NCBI GenBank assembly: GCA_035361075.1
Contig: DAOSBX010000016.1
Location: 5,917-69,916 of the forward strand
Source of the DNA: Candidatus Hydrogenedens sp.
GTDB lineage: Bacteria > Hydrogenedentota > Hydrogenedentia > Hydrogenedentales > Hydrogenedentaceae
Direction of reading: 5' to 3'
Length of the DNA stretch: 64,000 nt
In this document: positions 58,916-64,000 of the stretch, in pieces
How positions within the stretch are numbered: the stretch's first letter is position 1
Layout: the number at the start of each line of letters is the position of its first letter
Translations under genes and position numbers: made by a program
Notes under the pieces: model-generated
Database searches by the model: none
Told to the model about the DNA's origin: nothing
Seen by the model: only the letters and a program-made list of their open reading frames with translations

Positions 58916-61363
58916 GTGGAGCAAATGAAAGAAAATTCTAATCACGCTTATACTGCAGATGCCATTGGTGTACTTGAAGGACTTGAAGCCGTCCGAAAAC
59001 GCCCTGCAATGTATATAGGTGATACTGGAGTCCGTGGTCTACATCATCTTGTATACGAAGTTGTTGACAATAGTGTCGACGAAGTCATGGCAGGTTACGG
59101 AGATACAATACATGTTACTATACATATAGACAATAGTGTAACAGTTATAGATAATGGCAGAGGGATTCCTGTCGACCCAATGAAAGAAGGGTCACACAAA
59201 GGGAAATCTGCCCTTGAAGTGGTTATGACCGTTCTCCATGCAGGTGGCAAATTTAACCATAGCGTTTACAAAGTTTCTGGGGGACTGCATGGTGTAGGTG
59301 TTTCATGTGTTAATGCGTTATCTAAATGGTTAGAAGTTGAGGTAAAAAGAGACGACAAAATTTATTACATGGCTTTTGAACGGGGCAAAACCATTACTCC
59401 TTTAGAAGTACGTGGCAAAGCAAAAGGAACAGGAACACGAGTCACTTTCTTACCAGACCCAGACATCTTCGAAGAGGTAGTCTTCCAATCCGAAATACTA
59501 ATAAATCGTCTAAGAGAACTCGCATTCTTAAACGCGGGGCTTAAAATTATCTTTACTGACGAACGAACCGAAGAAGCACCTATCACCCTTCAATATAAAG
59601 GCGGATTGGAAGAATTTGTCAAACACTTAAACAAAGGCAAAGAACCTATCCATAACAAACCTATTTTCATCTCAAAAAGTAAAGATGACATCCAAGTTGA
59701 AGTTGCTATTCAGTATGTAAAAACCTACTATGAACAAGTGATTAGTTTCGCAAACAATATTCACACGCCAGGTGGAGGAACTCATATCACAGGTTTCCGT
59801 AGTGGATTAACCCGAAGCATTACAGACTGGATAGAAAAAAACAACCTGAATAAAAAAAAGAACTTTTCTGTCTCTGGTGATGACACCCGCGAAGGATTAA
59901 CTGCTGTCGTTTCAATTCGACATCCCAACCCTCAATTTGAAGGACAAACAAAAGATAAATTAGGAAACAGCGAAGTTCAAGGATTAGTAAACTCCATCGT
60001 ATACAGCGCTCTTCAAGAATATTTTGAACAAAATCCACGCGTCGCAAATCAAATAGCAGATAAAGTATTAGAAGCCGCAGAAGCACGTGAAGAATCACGA
60101 AAAGCCAAAGAACGAGTCCGTAGAAAGTCAGCCCTTGATATATTGGGACAGGCTTCCAAATTAGCAGATTGTTCTGAACGAAACCCAGAACTTTGTGAAT
60201 TATTCATCGTCGAAGGTGATAGTGCAGGTGGTTCTGCTAAACAAGGTAGAGATAGAAGGTATCAGGCTATCCTTCCACTCCGTGGTAAAGTCCTTAACGT
60301 CGAAAAAAGCAGACTACACAAAGTCCTCGAAAATAGAGAATATGCATCGTTGCTCAGAGCCTTAGGTATCGATATAACAAAAGAAGAACTATCTCTCGAT
60401 GATTTGCGATACCACCGTATTATTATCATGACCGATGCTGATGTAGATGGTTCTCATATAAGAACATTACTATTAACCTTCTTTTTCCGTTATACCCCAG
60501 AGCTAATCCGCAAAGGACATCTTTATATCGCATTACCTCCTCTTTACCGCATTACACGAAATAAAAAATCACGTTACACCCATTCCGAACATGAGTTCGA
60601 AGCATTCATTCTTGAAACGGTAATGGAAAATGTCCGCGTCGTTGCAAGCAATGGCGAAAGTAGTAATGATGAAAAACAGATTCAGGTTCGTACGCTTATC
60701 AAAACAATTGAAGCCATACGAAACCTCGAAAAGGTCATTAATCGATTAAATAAAATCTACGGAGTAACAATAGAAGACCTCAAGAAAATTAGAGAACTCC
60801 CCCGTGAAAAAATTATCTACCCCGAAGCAATTACACAAAAAGAATGGAAACGTATCTTTGGTGAAGAAAAAGAACTTATCAACACCTCCATCACACCAAA
60901 AAATGATAACGGTGACACAGATTCAACACCTCCCGTAAAAATAACCCGATTACCAAACCAAGTAGACATTGCTTTCATGAAAAGTCCCGATTTCTCTTCC
61001 TATCTTCATTGGTATGAATCAGCAAATGCCCTTGGAAACCCACCATTCCGAATTTTCAGCAAAGATAACAAAGAAAACAATTTGTTATTCGAAACAGATT
61101 CACCAATGGAACTGAGAAATTTCCTAATGGAATTAGGGAAAAAAGACCTCGTAATACAACGATACAAAGGACTGGGTGAAATGAATGCAGAACAACTCTA
61201 CGAAACAACAATGGACCCAGAAAAAAGGACCCTGCTAAAAGTTGAAATTGCCGATGAAACTTCCGTAGAGCAAATATTTACCGTATTAATGGGTGACGAA
61301 GTTGAGCCACGTCGACAATTCATAGAAAAACATGCACTCGAAGTACAAAACCTTGATATTTAA
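58916..61363 (+). CDS. gyrB: DNA gyrase subunit B
   Basis: GHKL ATPase (LHHLVYEVVDNSVDE, GLHGVGVSCVNALS), Toprim (EGDSAGG, DADVDGSHI) and C-terminal domain. Track start 58916 is GTG; ATG at 58925 (MKENS) follows GGTGGAG. Confidence 0.95.
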   Translation: MEQMKENSNHAYTADAIGVLEGLEAVRKRPAMYIGDTGVRGLHHLVYEVVDNSVDEVMAGYGDTIHVTIHIDNSVTVIDNGRGIPVDPMKEGSHKGKSALEVVMTVLHAGGKFNHSVYKVSGGLHGVGVSCVNALSKWLEVEVKRDDKIYYMAFERGKTITPLEVRGKAKGTGTRVTFLPDPDIFEEVVFQSEILINRLRELAFLNAGLKIIFTDERTEEAPITLQYKGGLEEFVKHLNKGKEPIHNKPIFISKSKDDIQVEVAIQYVKTYYEQVISFANNIHTPGGGTHITGFRSGLTRSITDWIEKNNLNKKKNFSVSGDDTREGLTAVVSIRHPNPQFEGQTKDKLGNSEVQGLVNSIVYSALQEYFEQNPRVANQIADKVLEAAEAREESRKAKERVRRKSALDILGQASKLADCSERNPELCELFIVEGDSAGGSAKQGRDRRYQAILPLRGKVLNVEKSRLHKVLENREYASLLRALGIDITKEELSLDDLRYHRIIIMTDADVDGSHIRTLLLTFFFRYTPELIRKGHLYIALPPLYRITRNKKSRYTHSEHEFEAFILETVMENVRVVASNGESSNDEKQIQVRTLIKTIEAIRNLEKVINRLNKIYGVTIEDLKKIRELPREKIIYPEAITQKEWKRIFGEEKELINTSITPKNDNGDTDSTPPVKITRLPNQVDIAFMKSPDFSSYLHWYESANALGNPPFRIFSKDNKENNLLFETDSPMELRNFLMELGKKDLVIQRYKGLGEMNAEQLYETTMDPEKRTLLKVEIADETSVEQIFTVLMGDEVEPRRQFIEKHALEVQNLDI

Positions 61364-61389
61364 AAGAACCTAAACCATAAAAAAACTTT

Positions 61390-63930
61390 TTGGGAGAATT
61401 TCTAATGGCGGTGAATGAAAATGTAAAGCCAGTCCCTATTGAACAAGAAATGCAATCCGCTTTCCTCGATTACTCGATGAGCGTTATTGTAAGTCGTGCT
61501 CTACCCGATATACGAGATGGACTTAAACCTGTCCAGAGACGAATCTTATTTGTAATGCACCAATTAGGATTAACTCCAAACCGTCCATTCCGCAAATGTG
61601 CCACTATCGTAGGTGAATGCCTTGGTAAATACCATCCCCATGGAGATCAGGCAGTCTATGATGCTCTTGTTCGTCTTGCACAAGACTGGAACATGCGATA
61701 TCCAATGGTTGATGGACAGGGAAACTTCGGCTCCATCGATGGTGACAGCCCTGCAGCATACCGATACACCGAAGCACGGCTAACACCCATCGCTCTCGAA
61801 ATGCTCACCGACATTGAGAAAAATACCGTCGAGATGAGACCCAACTTCGATGGCCGTCTCGAAGAGCCTACCGTCCTACCTTCAGGTTTCCCAAACCTAT
61901 TGGTTAACGGTTCCTACGGCATTGCCGTCGGAATGGCTACCGATTGTCCTCCCCATAATATCACAGAAATTTGTAACGCTATCATTTATTACATCGAAAA
62001 TCCATCCGCACCTGTAGAAGATTTTATGGAAATTGTTCCCGGTCCCGACTTCCCAACAGGTGCTATTATTTGCGGAAAAGAGGGAATTCGTAAGGCTTAC
62101 CGTACTGGGACAGGACAAGTAAAAATCCGAGCCCGCATTAAAGTTCTATCTCAGGAAAAAACAAAGAAAAAAAGTTTGCTCGTTGAAGAAATTCCTTATC
62201 AAGTAACAAAACAGAATGTTATTGAATCTATTGCAAAAGCAGTAGAAAACAATAAAGTCCAAGGAATAACAGACCTCCGAGACGAATCAGATAAAGAGGG
62301 TATGCGTCTCATCATTGAACTCAAAGGTGATGCCAACCCTCAAGTCGTTCTAAATCAACTATACCAACACACACAATTACAGACTACCTCTCGAATCCAT
62401 TTCTTAGCCCTCGTTAACAATATCCCTCGTGTGCTGAACCTTAAAGATATGATTCAGCACTATGTCCAGTACCGTGCCGAGATTGTCGAACGTAGAACTC
62501 GCTACGACTTACAACAAGCAGAACATCGCGCACACATTCTTGAAGGGCTCTTAAAAGCCATTGACCAAATTGATGCCGTTATTGACCTAATTCGGAAATC
62601 AGCAAATCCAGAAGAAGCACAAACACGACTTTGCAAAAAATTAGAAATATCCCAAGAACAAGCCAAAGCCATCCTTGCTATGCCATTACGACGCCTTACA
62701 GGCTTAGAAAGGAAAGAACTTCTTGAAGAATATAAGAACTTATTAGAAGAAATAAAACGGCTAAAACATATTTTATCCAGTCGCGAAACCATACTCGCCG
62801 AAGTTAAAAAAGAAGTCGAAAAAATTCGCGAAAAATATGGCGACGAACGAAAAACCGAAATTTTAGAATCCATTGAAGAATTTGATATCGAAGACCTAAT
62901 AGCTGATGAAGCAATGATTATTACCGTATCCAATCAAGGATACATCAAAAGAATGCCCCAAACGACCTCACGCAAACAACGTCGTCGCGGACAAGGTGTA
63001 ATGGGCATGGAAACCCCAGAAGACGACTTCGTAAAACATGTATTCACTGCAACCGCACATGAATATTTAATGTTCTTCACCAATGAAGGCCGTGTGTACT
63101 GGCGTAAAGTACACGAAATCCCCGAAGCAGGCAGAACAGCACGTGGAAGAAATATCAAAAACCTTCTTGCCCTCGGCGATAGAGAAAAAGTAACCGCATT
63201 CCTTTCAATAAAAAATCTACACGACGAAAGTAAATTTCTATTTATGGTGACCAAAAAAGGAATGGTAAAGAAGACACCTCTTACGTCTTATAGCAAACCA
63301 CGATCCACTGGAATTCAGGCAATCACATTAGAGTCAGGTGATGAACTTATCGATGTCCTTGTAACCTCTGGCACCGACAATGTACTTCTCGCTACACGTT
63401 CTGGCCTGGCTATCCGTTTCCCAGAAAAAGACGTGCGTCCCATGGGGAGAACCGCACAAGGTGTTGTAGGAATACGATTAGAGAAAGATGACTATGTCGT
63501 GGGAGTCTCCGTAGCAAAAGATAACCTTACCATACTCACCGTTACAGAAAATGGTTATGGAAAACGAACAGAAGTCAAAGAATATCGCCTACAACATCGC
63601 GGTGGTAAGGGCATTATTAATATCCAGACTCAGGAAAGAAATGGTAATGTTGTCGCAATGCTTACTGTCAGCGATGATGAAGATATTGTAGTCGTTGCCA
63701 CCGATGGAAAAATGCTACGCATCCCTGTTAAAAGCATTCGAGTCATTGGTAGAAACACAAAGGGTGTTCAGTTAATGAACCTACGTGAAGGTGCAAAAAT
63801 CGCCTCTGCTGATAAAGCCATCAAAAAAACCGAGACGGAAGAAGAACTCCCTGATAATATAATTATTGAAGAAGAAACAGAAGAAGAACAGACACCTGAC
63901 CTTTTTGACGAAGATACAAATTCCGAATAA
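61390..63930 (+). CDS. gyrA: DNA gyrase subunit A
   Basis: [25 protein letters not shown], active-site Tyr region [11 protein letters not shown]-terminal beta-pinwheel repeats and acidic tail. Track start is TTG; ATG at 61405 (MAVNEN) follows GGGAGA. Confidence 0.95.
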   Translation: MGEFLMAVNENVKPVPIEQEMQSAFLDYSMSVIVSRALPDIRDGLKPVQRRILFVMHQLGLTPNRPFRKCATIVGECLGKYHPHGDQAVYDALVRLAQDWNMRYPMVDGQGNFGSIDGDSPAAYRYTEARLTPIALEMLTDIEKNTVEMRPNFDGRLEEPTVLPSGFPNLLVNGSYGIAVGMATDCPPHNITEICNAIIYYIENPSAPVEDFMEIVPGPDFPTGAIICGKEGIRKAYRTGTGQVKIRARIKVLSQEKTKKKSLLVEEIPYQVTKQNVIESIAKAVENNKVQGITDLRDESDKEGMRLIIELKGDANPQVVLNQLYQHTQLQTTSRIHFLALVNNIPRVLNLKDMIQHYVQYRAEIVERRTRYDLQQAEHRAHILEGLLKAIDQIDAVIDLIRKSANPEEAQTRLCKKLEISQEQAKAILAMPLRRLTGLERKELLEEYKNLLEEIKRLKHILSSRETILAEVKKEVEKIREKYGDERKTEILESIEEFDIEDLIADEAMIITVSNQGYIKRMPQTTSRKQRRRGQGVMGMETPEDDFVKHVFTATAHEYLMFFTNEGRVYWRKVHEIPEAGRTARGRNIKNLLALGDREKVTAFLSIKNLHDESKFLFMVTKKGMVKKTPLTSYSKPRSTGIQAITLESGDELIDVLVTSGTDNVLLATRSGLAIRFPEKDVRPMGRTAQGVVGIRLEKDDYVVGVSVAKDNLTILTVTENGYGKRTEVKEYRLQHRGGKGIINIQTQERNGNVVAMLTVSDDEDIVVVATDGKMLRIPVKSIRVIGRNTKGVQLMNLREGAKIASADKAIKKTETEEELPDNIIIEEETEEEQTPDLFDEDTNSE

Positions 63931-64000
63931 TTAAGAAAAAACAAATTCCAAAAAACAATTCATTCTTCTACGTCTTTATTAAGTTCGAAAAAAATGTCTT

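Overview
This 64-kb window is a chromosomal segment from a moderately AT-rich bacterium whose lineage I cannot assign from sequence alone. It lies near the replication origin: dnaA (minus strand, with def and recR downstream of it) and gyrB-gyrA (plus strand) sit about 27 kb apart. A very AT-rich 0.5-kb gap (32722-33247) close to dnaA is a candidate oriC. Most of the window is ordinary core genome. Recognisable genes include hppA (5'-truncated at the window edge), rnc, acpP, a split transketolase, an NhaC-family antiporter, a polyprenyl synthase, an ECF sigma/anti-sigma pair, the CCA-adding enzyme, ilvD, recR, def, dnaA, dinB, a nadE-pncB-NUDIX cluster, Fe/Mn SOD, hcp with an Rrf2 regulator, rsgA, tRNA-Val(GAC), gyrB and gyrA. 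Many genes carry strong AGGAG-type Shine-Dalgarno sites. The accessory-looking and unusual content is: (1) a ~1-kb cassette at 39.9-40.9 kb flanked by 200-bp perfectly identical direct repeats that duplicate the 3' end of a large surface-protein gene; the cassette carries an orphan secreted-protein gene with its own terminator, a 14-nt GC-only motif, tandem 40-bp repeats with internal palindromes, and a small hydrophobic ORF. (2) Two tandem, paralogous 36- and 41-aa amphipathic peptide genes with strong RBSs between two glycoside-hydrolase genes. (3) A putative lipid-related operon in which two paralogous SCP2-like genes bracket a GSA-like class-III aminotransferase and a split transketolase, next to a PlsC-like acyltransferase and a Gfo/Idh/MocA oxidoreductase. 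(4) A mrfA/mrfB-like (DUF1998 DExH helicase plus DEDDh exonuclease-TPR) repair pair. (5) A perfect 28-bp palindrome overlapping the dinB promoter/RBS region. (6) An ~860-aa surface protein containing a ~125-aa period-4 (X-X-E-G)n repeat. All calls come from reading the supplied ORF translations and my own manual translation and inspection; no database searches were possible.
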